A stretch of 64,000 nucleotides of DNA from Bigelowiella natans CCMP2755 (lineage: Eukaryota; Protista; Cercozoa): assembly GCA_000320545.1 (NCBI GenBank), contig ADNK01002063.1, positions 1 to 64,000 of the forward strand. The letters run 5' to 3'. The notes under the pieces were generated by a model. The model saw only the letters and a list, made by a program, of their open reading frames with translations. It was not told where the DNA came from and searched no databases. A program made the translations under genes and the position numbers. Position 1 is the stretch's first letter. The number at the start of each line of letters is the position of its first letter. This document shows, in pieces, positions 40,085 to 54,527 of this stretch.

Positions 40085-41260
40085 GATGTGTCGTTCGTGC
40101 AGCGTCCTGATGCATGCAATGTGAACAAATAAAATACACGTCGCAATGTCTAGACATTTCCAGATTTTGCTGCTTTCCAACAATGATGGATTTGTGCTAG
40201 GCACTTCTCTAGTTCTTTGCAATGGGTCTGTCATGATGTCTATCTGAGCCGAACTCGTTGATGAACATGCATGCTTAGCTTTATTGCACTAGAGTCCAAG
40301 TGTTCATTCATTGTGCAATGATGTTGTCTAGATGTGCAACACATACGCACTGCTAGACTAGCACGTGTAGGTCTCAGGATCTCCACATTGTATGTGCACC
40401 ATCATAGACATAGTAACATTATATCTGCTATTAGTCAGCACTGCTAGCTAGCTAGACTGCTAGTGTGACTCTGACTTATTCATGCATTCTGCGCGAGCAC
40501 TTATCACGTTCTCTAGCTATGCCAACAACACACATGCACCGCAACTTTGCTGCACGTGTTCCTCACACATGTACACATGTGCGCAAAGGAGACACCAGCG
40601 TAAAATCCTACGTCTACCAGGTCCAGTCACGACAGAATCGCAGTGGAAGATCGAGGTCAGCACGGCAGAGCGCTAGAGCAGACTAGCTAGCTAGCTAGTT
40701 AACATGCTAACACTAGAGCAGGGCAAGCGGGCAAGTCCTGAACACTTGTTCAGCAGGCTCCACAGTCCACTGTTTCGCGATGAATGAACGTGGAAACAAA
40801 TCACATGCGGACATGCATGCGAGACACGTGCACACACGAGGTTCTGCTGCAGAACACTAGAACATCTGTGATCAGTACACACATGAACCCAAATGTACAA
40901 AGGTGGTCACATGGCCAAGTTTCCAAGTTGCAGACGCATACTGTAGAAGTATTGCGGCAAGGCGGAACGCAAATCGTAAGACTGCTTTTCTAGACAGGCT
41001 CTTTGAAAGATTCCCAACAACCATCATCCTAATGATGATAATGAAAATTTGTTAGATCATCCACGATTTACGACCCATCAAGTTATGTGTAAATTTAAAA
41101 TTTGTATCTAACGAACGAACAGACAAAAAGACGGACAACTATGAGATGCCTACGGGATCTCCTTGTAATTATTAAATATGTAATTCATCGCCATGGTAAA
41201 CAAACAAGTAAACATATATGTAAATTAGCATCACGCAGCACGATGTTTCTTTTTATTATG

Positions 41261-42591
41261 TCACACGTTGATTACATTACAACACGCATCTGGAACGTCC
41301 TTCTCTGTCCATCCAAATATAACACGGTCCATCTGTGCCACTACACATGGTCCGCAACAACATCTGGAGATGTAGCAGCAAACATATGAATACATGTATG
41401 CGTGTGATAACATATAAATAAATAAATAAATAAATATATATATATATGTATTACATTATACATTGCACATAATCGATTATCTGAATGCAAAACTAACACA
41501 CTCAATTTAAAAGAAGACAGATCACGCGTTTTGTATGATTGTTTACACGGAAAAATAATCAGCCATTCCAGTTGTGCATGTGTCGCAGCCACAGCATGTG
41601 TCATCTTTAATTCCATATTTTTTCCGAAGCTCTTGTCTACATCCACAAACATAAAAATGTAATTAACAATAGAATACATGTTAATATAGACATATGTATG
41701 TGCGTGTGTATTTCCATGTATGCAAATATTCGACGACGAAATTTGATCAAGAAAATGCCATGGAGAAACAAATGCATCCTAAGTTGAGCATCCGATCTAA
41801 CCTGGTGATGAGTATGAATAGGATTGCAGGTGTCATCAAAGCGTACATTATCAATGAGAAAGTAATGAAAGTGAAGACTAGCCCAAAAGCCAAGAGGAGC
41901 CAAAGCTGAACACAGTAAAATGTAAAATGGTGACTCCTGCTGTCATTGTTCTGAGTAAGGAACTCCTGGCTAACATACAAAATGCTGTAGGCCAAAGCAA
42001 ATCCCAAATGGTGACAGCATGCAGACGGTTTTCGTAAATCTTGATCTTTCTTCACCAAAGCATCTGTACCCATAAAATGCATGGACATACAATTGACATT
42101 TGTAAAAGTCGCACAGATTCATTGTTTTGTGTTTTATTAGAAGACATCATTACTGAGGTTCATTAATTCCTGCATGAGACCGAATTCGCGCCATGACAAA
42201 GCACATGCACCACCATGACATGATGGTCGAGGGAACGCAGACTTCGCAACAGTTACACATTGGAGTAGGCCACGCTACAGTAGGACAGGATTTTCGAATT
42301 CAGTCATGGTAAAGTTCGCCGATGTCATTACATTTCTTTCAAATAGCACATGTATGAAGAATTACGGGATTTAAATAAAGAAGAACAGCGAGGATTGACG
42401 AGCAAAAACCAAGGTACAAACGCACCAATTTTGGGACCGTCCATTCGCTTCCTTTCTGCAGCCCGAAAATTCTGATGCTGGTGGCGATCTCCCTCTCGGT
42501 CGTCAACTAACTTCGCATCCTTCTCCAGGCTATCTGGCTGGTCTACGATCAGCTCTGAGACGCTGTGGACGACCCCATCGGCTTCCTCCAT
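41261..42591 (-). CDS. PLAC8/cornifelin-family cysteine-rich membrane protein
   Basis: Spliced exons give WPTPMCNCCEVCVPSTIMSWWCMCFVMARI, a hydrophobic segment, RQELRKKYGIKDDTCCGCD and CCCGPCVVAQMDR, the PLAC8 pattern. 3' end uncertain. Confidence 0.8.
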
Positions 42592-43576
42592 CACAATCGG
42601 ATGCGTGTGGGTTTGTGTGGGGAGTAGCACCAAGTTTCCGATATTTTGTTCGCAGGTTGAGTGATTGAGGGAACAACAAAAAACGCCACATTGCCTGCCT
42701 TTTCGGCTAAGCGACAGCCCAAAAATGAGGGCATTTTATACAATTTCAATATGAAATTTAATTAGGCCGATGACATCTAAAGATTCATTCTCGATTTTCA
42801 TCTCAAGCACGCCTGATTCCACGTGTGATCGAACCGTCTGAATCGCGTGCGTGCGTGTGCATCCATAGACATGGGTCGTGTGCTGCCAATGTGATGGACA
42901 ATGCAAGGGCAGACAAAGTGGGCTGCCATCATGCAGCTCCATGACAATGATTCAAACGCGCAGCGTGTGAGCAGTGATCATTCTGAAGGACCCAATGATC
43001 GGCGCAGCGGGGGCGTTGGCCAACAACTGGCAAGTGTGCACAAGAAAATGCACAAATGCACACACGAAAAAATTTTCAGCCCGAAGCCAGAATGTGCTAC
43101 TGCTGTGTGCAACGAGATAGTCTCAGCAGTAAGGACGCATGGCATGGCCATGATTTGCGAACGATGTGAGTTCTCGCCAGTGAGGCTAGTTGGCATGTGC
43201 GAGGATCCGGTGTTTTGGTGCTGCACACTTCGCACACACACAAAAAGTATAAGAAACTACGACTCTGCACAAGCGGCTCTGCATTGCAACGAACGCGGAT
43301 GCACATCATGCTACGACACATCATGAGCAAACAAAGCAAACAGGAATAGGCACAGGCAAGCCGTGCACTTATCGTCGCATGTCATTGCCAAAAATGTCAG
43401 TTACACTTCAGCCACATATCTACGTCGAAGACAGGGCTGTGTTGCGAGTTGCGAATGATAATATATTGGAATTGGAAGGGTTGAAATTAGTAAGATGTAC
43501 AAAAAGCTGCACCAAACGGGGGATGTGACTAGACTACGTGTTCCCAGTCGCAGCTTAAATCATTGTCGATACTACA

Positions 43577-44783
43577 TCAACCATCTTCGCAAGGGACTTT
43601 CGATGCATGGTGTGGATCAAATAGTGCATCTTCCTTGCCTGGAGGCGCAAGATAGTCTGGACGATACTCAATTACTTCGTAAATCTTGTGAGGATACCGT
43701 ATCATGATGGGAGTCATTGCCCCTCCTAGTTTGTTAACCTCGTGATCAGGGCTTGAAGAACGTGAGGCATGCCGAACACATATATCCGCATACTCTCCGT
43801 CCTGTATCTCACCAAACCGATCCATCGGTAAGAAATGCCGCCATTGATGGCAAGTAGAGTGAGTTTCGTTCCAAACCACGTGATGGCCATCGTCCCTCAC
43901 GATCGGACTATGCAGTGTAAGATTAACTTCTCCCATGTATTTAGAGCTGCTCGAAAAGCGAGATAAGCTGAGTCCCTCAAAGTTCAGAGGCGCCTTTACA
44001 TTATGAAAGGAAAATCTTTGGTTAGAGTATTTAATTTGCCTGAATGTAGTAGTAAAATACCTTGATACACATAGCGGGGTGATCTTTCTGGTAGTGCGTG
44101 ATAACGAATTGCTCTCCGGCCTCCGATGAAGGTTGTTGTATTCGAATCGAAGTTTGATAAACCTTGTGTGCGTGTTCGTCTCCATGAAAGAAATAATGAT
44201 CCTGTCTAGATCGAATCCTGAGCACGTAGATTACTTCAAATTGCCATTCAAGATCACACACACACACACACACACGCACGCACGCACGCACGCAAACACG
44301 CACAAGCGAACGCAACCACTAAAAAAAATCAATAAATAGTGTCTGCTTTAAACCTACATCAAGTTTATGTAAGAGCGTCGAGACAATTATATAGTATTCA
44401 TCTAATCATAGGTGAACATGGCATGTGCGTGTACGTGAGTGTGAGAGAGTGAGAGAGAGTGTGTGTGTGTGTGTGTGTGTGTGCTCTCGTGTGTACTTTG
44501 AAACTGTGCACACTTGTACACAGTCAAATTCGCATACTTCTACACGACCAAACTACTTTTGTATGCAATTGTCAAGAAACCTGTTTCCACGTGCGTCCTC
44601 GTAGAGGATAAGAAGGTGCGGAAAGTTATCGTTCTCTCTATGCTCTTTCATCACCATGGTGTATGATTTCGGGATCGACGGAAACGGCATTGCACGAGAC
44701 GAGCAGAACGTCGCAAACAAAGCGAGTAGCTGACATGCAAAGTGGATCCGGACTAGGTTGCGTAGATTCGTACCAGCTTTCAT
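43577..44783 (-). CDS. Secreted protein, possibly ependymin-related (LolA-like fold)
   Basis: Signal-like N-terminus and three phase-consistent exons. Pattern P..P.SY..YED..R, C.K.PL, C.QW and C-terminal F.P..C is reminiscent of ependymin-related proteins. Gene well supported, product tentative. Confidence 0.5.
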
Positions 44784-45730
44784 GCCTTGAATGATAGGCT
44801 GGGTTTAGGATTCTATGTGAATTTTTGGTTATGCATCTCGCGTGCTCGACATCATCAACACTCAAATTAATACGTCTCCAAATCTATCACCACATCCCAA
44901 CAAGCAGATTCTATTGTCAAACCGAATGAAGGACGGGGTAGCTGGAATCGTCCTCGTTCTGAATCTCCTCCCCCCCTATCGCCCTCCAATTCAGAACATT
45001 CAGAAGGGAGGATCGGGCATTTAGATAGTGAAAAGAAATTTGAATGTGTCTGCGTGCGACATGCATATCGCCATGTCGCAGGATAAAAACAAATGTCAAT
45101 TATATTCTTATTTCGGTTTTTCAAGAATTTCAAATTCAAAACGAAAATTCGGAAGATGGAATTTCTACTGTGATGCAAGTCACAGGGGATTTTTCCTTTA
45201 CGACAAATCCCGAGACATTGTTCAGCTAGTCAGCTAGCCATGGCATCGCACGATGAGCACGCACTGCTAAGACTGCATGTCATCCATGTTCAATTGTGTT
45301 CACTGTGTGTTGCAATGATGGACACGTCATAGCTAGCTAGGTGCATGGTGCATGGAAGAAAGCGCATGCAAACAGCTCATTCATCGTCTGCTCATCTAGT
45401 CATCTACAGCATCGTTCGCATGGCCCATGCTAGCATGGGCAACTAGTCCCTGCAATGTCAATGATTGCATGCTAGCATGCTAGCATGGCTAGATGGCTAG
45501 ACAGGCTAGCAGGGATCATGATGCGCCTAGCAAAATGATGGTGACTTAGGCATGTTCATGAGATGTGAGCTGTGCATTGTGCATTGCTTCGTCTCGTGTC
45601 AATGGTCAACTAATTCATTGAAAATGGCATCCAATGCAAATGTCGCACACCAGATGCAAAAATGTTCGAACTACATTATTTTATTACAACTTTGTGCTGC
45701 GCATGTACATCTACAACCAGTCTCACTTTG

Positions 45731-47538
45731 TTATTTAACGACGTATTTGTGCAGTCGATGAGAAGAGTTCCAGCTCATAGCTACCTGCAAAATGAAAAAT
45801 AAAAGTGAGCATCGTCGTAGATGTTGTTGTTCGGCGCAATTTGAGGAAGCTACTGTCAACCTGTGGTCGGGATACAAGTTCTGCTCTTTTAAGGGGAATT
45901 TTCTTCGAGGAAAATTATGAAGTCAGACCACATTAATCTCCCATGTCATTCAGAAAATAATTTTGCTATAGTTGTGCTTGGTGTGGAGCGAAGAGCTCTT
46001 GCTACCTTGGAAGTCATAACGGTTGTTCCCTCTCTCAAACAAGTGTCTAAGTGGCTAATCAATAAATATTCCGTAATAAGAAACCAATCAGCAGATAGGA
46101 CGTCTAAGTATCCGTTTCATGGAGGGATCAATTTTTAATTTTTCGTGGTCAGTCAACCGCAAAGGACGAAGCATTAGTAACGTGAGAGACACGAATAACA
46201 ACTAAACAAAATGACGCGAACCTTCCAAGCCTTTTGAGAAAATCTCGGGAGAAACACAGGCTTGATATATAAACCTAACAAAAATAGTGTGCAATCAAGA
46301 TACTTAAGCAATTAGCCTGTAGAATAAAATAAAGTGCGACTAGTCGTTAACTATATCGTGCGAAGCTGTAATGGTGAGAGATGAGAGACCAAATCAGCGT
46401 CGCTAATATCAACGTCTAGCATACTTCTGATTAAATATGGGTATAAAGAGTTAATAAATCACGTGAACAGTACTTTCGGATTAGCAGAAGTTCTAGTTAG
46501 CATGAATTGAATCCATCACCCATGAATAAGCTGAACTTTATCTCTCACTTTTTTATCCAGAAGTTCCTTCAAGGCCTAATGGACAGAAGCGGCATTGTCG
46601 GTCATTTGGTGCTGCCAAATTCTTTTCTCTCCTTATTTTCACAAATAGTGTAAAAATGATGACACCTTAGTAGCGTAGGTATGACGTTCTCCTGATAGTT
46701 CTATTCCGACTACCTTCTGCAACTCTGGAAACAGCATGATGGCAGCAACCTTCCGAATGGAAGAACGGTTAGGCAAAAATTCCACATTTGTAAATGCAAA
46801 ATATGATCGTAAGGGTGTTTATGCCATTATAATGAAAGTTGGGCGAACACTCGTAATAGCTATTTTGTCAGAAGGCAGATACCCACCGGAGGTTTTCCAA
46901 CTCCACTTCCGAGGTCATAGAACACCTTTTCCTTGGTCTCTTCGTCTCTTTAACACATATAATCGAATCAGGGCATGGCTACGACAAATCAACGTTATTT
47001 CTGGTTATCTTTAATATGACATAACAATCCCAGCCACCTACATGAGCATATCGTCCATTCCTTCAAACGTAAGAAATCCATAGGTCGACTGGCTTTGATG
47101 TGTTCTGAAAAGGGCTAAGGAGAAGAGAAGTGGAATGGAAAACCAAGTGAAGGTGATTATTGATATCCTAGAACATTCTAAGATCTTCAATAGCGAAGTT
47201 ACCTCGATCTCCTTCCCCAATGCTTGTCTTAACAGAAGAGAAGAATCTAATTGTTTTAGATATGTAAATGCTCGCTTAAATTATTTGTATGGAGCTAAAG
47301 AACCCGTAGAACTTCTTTGCGAGTCTTTCTACTTCTGCACTTCTTACTGGGTCCCTTTTCTTGCGCTCTCCATCCTGCACCGTGGCAGCTGGTCGACCTA
47401 AAACGTCATTGTGCGTTTGCATCGAACGAATTGCATTTTGACAAGATCTATCCCACGTTCAGGCTTAATTGAGTTTGGCGTCGAATCCACCCCTTCTCCC
47501 ATGCCGCATAGAAATCCGAAGCAAAAACTGCTGGCCAT
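45731..47538 (-). CDS. Stand-alone DOT1-like class I SAM-dependent methyltransferase
   Basis: Eleven short exons give STYGFLTFEG, VFYDLGSGVGKP, VVGIELSGERH, LIHGSMLDVDISDADLVYISSLCF, LREGTTV and VAMSW. This is the DOT1-family motif order. Stop TAA at 45731; start at 47538 or 47502. Confidence 0.8.
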
Positions 47539-47730
47539 GATTCGTTTCTATTCCGAGCTTAGCACCAGCGGAACTACTTCCGCTTCCCCTTCTCAACTTG
47601 TTTTCATCACTTCCGGACGAGGTGTCGCAGACTTTTCTCTCGGGAAAAAGACAGACGCATTTTCGTTCTATCTAGAGCAGAATCTTCTGTCGCAGTAATG
47701 ATCTGCCCTCTATTTTTCGACACATACACA

Positions 47731-47738
47731 TTTGGCGC
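47731..47738 (+). promoter_or_regulatory. Candidate E2F-type site (TTTGGCGC) in a short bidirectional promoter
   Basis: Matches the consensus TTTSSCGC, 40 bp upstream of the RAD9 ATG, within the ~240-bp head-to-head spacer. Confidence 0.4.
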
Positions 47739-47777
47739 GAAGGGCTTCACCCTTTCCTCACCCACATTTTCCTGTAC

Positions 47778-49686
47778 ATGTTGCAAGTTGGTGTTGTTTA
47801 AGGGAGGCCAGAATGAGAAAAGCTAACGAGGGAAAGAATTTTAGGGTAACATTTATATCCTTGTGGCTTTCCTCAATGACGAATGTATCGTAGGCGAGTA
47901 TTCAATCCCACGTAAAGCTCAAACACTTCTCAAAGGCGCTGTACTGCGCAGCAAAGGCAACAGAAATGAATATGATCTGGGTTTTATGGGTTTGATGAAC
48001 CGGTCTTTGCACTCAGATTGGAAGTTCTAATCTTATGATAGAGACGGGCAAAGATAGTTGCACTTTCAGGTTCTCAAAATGAAAAGAAATTGAATCCGAC
48101 AGAACCTTATTGTAAACCATTTCAGCTCCCTAAATCATGCACAGTCTGCCTGCGTCAAGATGGTGTTTCAGAAACATTTCTTCAGATCAATGTCTCCAGG
48201 AAAAGTGAAAGTAATAGATCTCTTTAGCTTCTGGCCTTGTAGCCAAACTGAGTGTTGTTTACAAAATCAGTGTAAAGTTAACTTGAAGCTGGTTCTTCTA
48301 GCGCTTCGGTCTTTGAATTCGTAAGAAAACAGAACTTTAGTTGTGATTCTAAAATTATGAAAGATATACTGAAATACGTAAATTTAGGGTCAAAGAATGT
48401 ATACTTAAGATTGATGGAGCAAAAAATGAGTTTAAAATAAAGCTTACTGGCTATAGCGGAATTACGAAGGAGTTTCGCATATCATTTGAGGAGCAGGATG
48501 AGATCCCACAAGCTGAGGTTCCAAAAAAGCAAATGAGCATGATTAGCTCAAGATCACGTATTTTCCAATCGAAAGTTCTGGACAACTTCGCAACAGGTTC
48601 GGAACCGACCAGATTCAATGTGATTTAACATTTCACACGCCATTTTATATATCCTAGGTCTACACGAAGTTTCGTTCATTCCGACAAGCAATTCTCTCAT
48701 GGTGAAAAGTTATGTTGACCCGGATATGAAATTACAGATGGGGCCCAACCAGAAACTGTTTCATACTGTAAGATATTGTTTTGCCTATATTGAACGTTGA
48801 CTAACCGTCCCCGCCCAACAGGAATGCAAAGTCTCCGAGGGCGATTTCGAAATGTTTCGAATATCTCCATCACTGCATCACCAAACAATCACATGTCCTA
48901 TGAGAGAGGTGAAGGCTGTGACAGCTTTCTGCAAAGATTTAGACTTCAATATAGTAATATATCTTGGAGTTCCAGGTGTGTTTCAATCGTCGCCATGCCT
49001 TCAAAAGATTTACCAAAATTATTTATGTAGGCCACCCTCTCGTGATGTCAAACTCTCTGGAGAACGACACTGAGTTATTCATGGAAGTTATCGTATCCAC
49101 ATTAGAGGAAGATCCTGCATCTCAGCAAATCCCCATGGAATACGGTCTATCCCAGCAGCCTCAAACTCACCCACAGAAATCGCAACCAGAGCCACAGCTA
49201 CAACCACAGAAACAGCCACATGTACGGCAGCTGGAGAAGTCTGAGCGTTTAGAACAGTCACATATTGATGTAGAAATGAACGATGCCAAAACTCCACAAA
49301 ATTTCGAACTGAAGCAGTCGCAGAAGTCGCAGAATTCGCTCGGGGTATCATCCGGTGGACGCAATAGGTCTCCATCAATTTCTCCCACGCAAGTATCATC
49401 GTGGCCCAAAAACTCTATCCCAAGTAGACAGTCACAAGCCTCTGATGATGATGCCAATTCCAAGTATAGCTTCGATCAGTTCCCCTCCCAACATCAGCAA
49501 CAGAACAATGTAGAAAGAGATGGGTCATATCATTCATCAAATGCGAAACGGAGAAGGTTAGAGAAGGAAAGTGCATCGAAACGTATAAGTACAAGAAAAG
49601 ACGGGGCAGGTCAAATGGAGATGCATTCTGATTCTGATTCAGACGGTTCCTTTGTGGCGGGTACGCCAGAGTCTAGCAACAGCTGA
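47778..49686 (+). CDS. RAD9: RAD9 subunit of the 9-1-1 checkpoint clamp
   Basis: Exons give LKHFSKALYCAAKIGSSNLMIE, SLNHAQSAC..F.KHFF, CKVNLK, GITKEFRISFE, ITCPMREVKAVTAFC and GVPGHPL..IVSTL, followed by a long S/Q-rich disordered tail as in RAD9. Confidence 0.88.
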
Positions 49687-50291
49687 ATCCGGTGTCCACA
49701 TAATTAGGCAGTGTTTGAACTACGTTTGTGCTCTGCTGAGATTTATGTATCTGGCCATGCATGACGGTGACAGAGCCGTCGTACATAGTGCACTGTTTGC
49801 AGAGGTTAGTACATAATTCTATGATCGTGACAAGTGCAATAAATGCCACGTGTGAATTGGTTGCCTAGCCTAACTCGCGAACTTCAAAGAGTTTTGATGT
49901 AGCTGCTTCGACGCACATTCCATGGTATGCTCATTCCTCTGCGAGTCGCAGCTGAAGCCTGCGTGATGATGCATGCAGGTCTAGAGGTGCGCATGCATGC
50001 TAACTAAGTAGCATAGTTCAGCAGTCACTACCTGGCCGTGCTAGCCAACACTATCAACGATCAATGTACGGTCAAATCAAAGTACGTAAGAACGTACCTG
50101 CTGCTAGCCTGGAACAATATGCGCCATGCAAGGTATATGTATGTGCACAAACCGCACCGCCGATTGCCAGGTGTAGGGGAAGCTTGAATGATGTCAGCAT
50201 GAACAATGTGCAAATGCCTAATGAATCTCCCAAGACATTTTTAGCTAGTTTAGCTCAGCGTGCACGAATGAAGAAGCGCAAGGACACATGT

Positions 50292-50328
<37 letters not shown>

Positions 50329-50456
50329 GCCTTCTTGACGGTCGAGAGTGAACACGTTCAAAGCACACAAGTAGAATCACATTCCACGTGGTTTTGCTCA
50401 GATTCATACATGTCTGGGACAGCTCATTGCGGCTACAAACTACGACAAAGAAGCAT

Positions 50457-53400
50457 TTAAGTACTCTTGCGACTATCATTAACTTTCTTTTCAATTTCAT
50501 ACAACCGCTTTATAATAACCCGATTTAGGCACTCCATGCAGTACTTGTTTTCCATATCCTGCCGAGCCTTGATTCCCTTTTCCCTGGCTTCCTCAGGATT
50601 CTCAACCACATGCCGCAAAAGCTCGCGGAGATGCTCGATCGACGGATTTGCCCATTCGTGGCCCTTAAACGGCCCGTCTAGGTCGGCACAAGGCAAGCAA
50701 CAGTTAGATACTAGGTTAGTACAGCAGCAGGAAGTCTGAAATGATCCAGCACAGGGGGACATTATTCGGGTCATGATAACTGAAAAGGCTTTACCAACCT
50801 TTGATGGCGACGAGGCCGTCTATACGAAGCGGATATGAATTTTCCGGTGTCATAAACTCCGTTGTCCCGCTCCAATTTGTGGCAATAACCTGACGATGTT
50901 GATCGCAAACCGAGCCTAAGATCAGCCCACCACCACCGCAAACAACTGACACTTCCCCAACAACTTCCTGTCGTCATCATAACCAGCGGCGGCGGCGTGC
51001 CAAAAATGCGTTTCAGCCCAACAATCGGCATAGAACACATAAGAAAATAGAAGATGGAAAATGGTGATAGCGGCCATGTGATGACGACGACGACTGCAAG
51101 ACGACAATGGCGACACAATTGATCAAGAAAGCACCGGGAGCCCCATCGACATTGCCTCTACATGTGGCCTTCCCCATCTGCAAATGAAATATCAGCAGAG
51201 GGGTGTTGATGACGATGGCAAACAACGAACGATTCAGAGAGCTTTGCGCTCACGAGCAAACATGGCTCGAAATGGGAAAATCCCCTCGCTTTGGTGCTCA
51301 CAACACGACAACCGCATCATCGGGCACACAGTGTGCTGCCTTTGAATTCGATAGAGCCGGGGTGACATAAAGCGAGAGCGCTAAGCTCAGATGAAACAGA
51401 AGCAAATAGACCGTGCGGAAACTTACCCCTCCCCCCTCGACGGCAGCACAAACGCATCGACGGATTTGTACAGACACGGCATGCTCCGAGTCGGGATTCC
51501 TGACGTTAGCAATTCCACCCTTGGTAAGCCTGAAGCAATAACCCTATCTGTCGTTGAGCTTCTCTCCGCTCCTTGTCCGCCCCCTTCTGCAATGCTGGCA
51601 GATAAATCCGGTATCGATTCCACGAATCTAATGGAGCAGCACATCTATCTATCATCGAGTCTCAAACCATGAAACGAATGAAATCTCTCATCGAAACCAG
51701 GGTGAGTGCGTAACGACGCTGGCTTGCGTCGCCGGATGAAACAGAATATCAAGGACATAGCCAGGGGGGGATGCTCGCCGTTTATAATGCATAATCATCA
51801 TTCACACCACATGCGCACGTGCAAGGTACTCTTTAATTTTCCGGTCAAAGTCGTCGGAGGTGTGATACGCATTGGTGAGGATGTAAAGGACGACCTGAAG
51901 AGAAAAAAATAAAAAATCCGGCGCGCAGGAATTTTTCAAAAACAAATGTCTACTAGGAAGAAGGAAGGGGCGCGCGCGGGGGGGGGGTAACTGAAAGAAT
52001 GCCTCCGAACTAAAGCTAATGGGCAGATATATTGTTATCTAATATGACGATCAAAAAGGCCACATCACGCCGCTGCTACTACTATTGCCTCTCTGGCGCA
52101 AGCGACCGAATCTTGAGCGGTGAATTCGCGAATGTACGCTTCAAGCAGCACTCTCCAGCCTTTCCTGTCTTCCCATTTGAATACAGAGAGAAACTTAAAC
52201 GGATCTTCCTCTTCTTCGTCTTCTTCTTTTTCTTCTCCTTCCTTTTGCTGTTTATGATGATTAGGATGATCATCCTCATCGCTTTTACTTCCGGTTTCGC
52301 TGGGGCCACTGCCCCCCCCCCCCTCTGAACTCGTCTCGCCCGTCGGAGGCGGCGCCCGATGTTCCGGAGGAGGCCGGAGATTGGAGAACTTGTGGCATTC
52401 AAGGTCTTTTCTTGCGGGATTGTAGAAAGACGTATCGACGGGCTGTATGGGCGACGAATCGGCGATTGATATACAGGAAGGATGAGATGCAGACAACAAC
52501 GACTACGGTTAGGCATAGGAGGAGGAAGGAGGGTGACAACGATGAAGACGAAACGATGGTCATGAGTACAGTTGTTAGCTACGAAGCGAACACATTTTCT
52601 GCCAGACTTACTGCTCCCGATCATCATTGCATCACCGTCATCATCTAAAGGCCGCAACCTCTCCGACGACTTTCAGCTTTGCTGGGTCCACGCCGCCTTC
52701 TTCGAACACTTTGCGGTGGAACTCAGTAGGCACCTTCCAAGCGAGCAGGGCAACGAAGGAAGGAGGAAGCAGAAGGAGGAGGGGGGGGAGGAGGAGGAGG
52801 AGGTGAAAAACCCTCATCGGAAAGCGTCATCGATAAAATGCTTTAGAGCCATTTCTCGTGGAAAAGGATTCTTCTGTCTCTGGCCATTTGCCAAGTCGGC
52901 ACAGGAGCAACACCATCGTGTGCGTGTTTGCTTCCTCTTTGGGTTGCAATACCATCGCAGACTCGCATCGCTATCAAGTATTCGTGCTATGCTATACTTC
53001 TTCTTCATCATCTATTACTACTGCAACCGGGATCATCATGTCGCTTCTTAACTACACTATTACTACTACTACTACTACTACTACTACTACCACTATACCT
53101 ACTACAACAACAAATATAACAACCACTACTACAACTACTACTACTAGTTACTACGCCTACTTACCCATGATTCGTTGAGCTTATTGATACGTTCCGCCCA
53201 CCCCTAGCACCGAAGGAATCGAGTTAAGAGTAAGGCAAGAAACACAGAATATGCATTAGTCATGTCCATACAAGCACAGAATTCCGAATTCCCACAGCAA
53301 AACAACGGTCTACACCACAACAATCGCTCTTGAGAGCCAGCTCTATTAGCCCTCCGCCGTATCCCCGCCCCCCTTGTTCGCTCTCCACACGCCGCCACCG

Positions 53401-54527
53401 ACACCACACACCGCGGGAGAACCTTTGGGAGGCGGTCGGTCTCAAACATCGTTCTCCCAACCGTGTAAAGCGACCCCTCCGGGGGGCAACGGGAGGTTTG
53501 ATACCTAAGAGAAATTACACCAAACTCTTCATACTCCGTCATTGCTGCCGCGCCGTGTTTTCTTGGTCTGCTTCTCCCATCCTCTCCTAACATCCCCCAC
53601 CTCCCACCCCCCTCCTGCTGCTGTTCTCCCCTCTTCCCCCGTGTGCTAGTTGGAGATCACCTTGCAGGGTGCCATGCGCCTGGCTCACTATGGCATACGA
53701 CAACACCAGATTTGGGCGCTATCTTCTCGAGGTAGGTCATGTGATACCTGCGCGATATACGCAAAAACAAGAAGAAGAAGAACAACAACAACAACTGTGA
53801 CGACGAGGATCGAACGACGACAATAGGTGCTCGGCATTCAAAGCGGGTTTAAACTTGCCGATTATATGTATGGCGTGCGTTTGGTGGCCGATCTGTGCAT
53901 TACATGGCCTGATAAGTGTCCTGGTCTAGGCCATCGACGTATCCCTGATTATTCACCCATCGTCAAGAGTCAGGAGGAGGCACAAATCACCGCGTGCAGA
54001 CAACGGAAGTCACACCGGATTTCTACACAATGTACCTGTCGGAATGAGTCTCCATGGTGCACCGTCTGGACGTTTGTGATTTTCTTCAGTCCGATCGCGA
54101 AGCTCGTCGCTTCGGAGCAATATCCCCCCCCCGACAGAAAAGGCGCGTACCATATGACTGGGATGGATATTTGCGGGAGCGGGGGGTCGGGCGACGTTGG
54201 CCGCTCGGTTTCGGCGGACAGACCCTTGAAGAGCGGTGCAAATATTCCAAAACAAAGGAAGCGAGCAACGTTGGCGTTCTTCCAGATGATAGCACCAGGT
54301 CTTAGTTCGGTCATGCTGCTGCTGTCGCCTTCGCCGTGTGAGAAGGACGCGACCATCGCAGTGACGACAGCTACAATGGCTAGGATGAATGCAGTGCGAG
54401 AGAGATTGCATGAAGAGGGTGAAGAGGAGGAGGAGGAAGAGGAGGAGGAGGACGATGACGATGATGATGGCGAGGAGGATTTACTCGCTCGCTTGTCGGC
54501 GCTTTTACTACCATCGGGAGAGGGCAT
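50457..54527 (-). CDS. GT4-family (GT-B fold) glycosyltransferase with N-terminal membrane anchor
   Basis: WYAPFLSGGGYCSEA, CHSEPGAW, GRTMFETDRLP, VPTEFH, FKFLSVFKWEDRKGW, DAFVLPSRGEG|WGRPHVEAMSMGLPV and WANPS..LRELLR across many exons. Confidence 0.92.

Noticed and set aside
99-49686. Apparent cluster of chromatin/DNA-repair genes (SNF2-like, Myb, PARP, SETD3, DOT1-like, RAD9)
   Set aside because: They are interspersed with unrelated housekeeping genes in mixed orientation; only the DOT1-like/RAD9 pair is directly linked.
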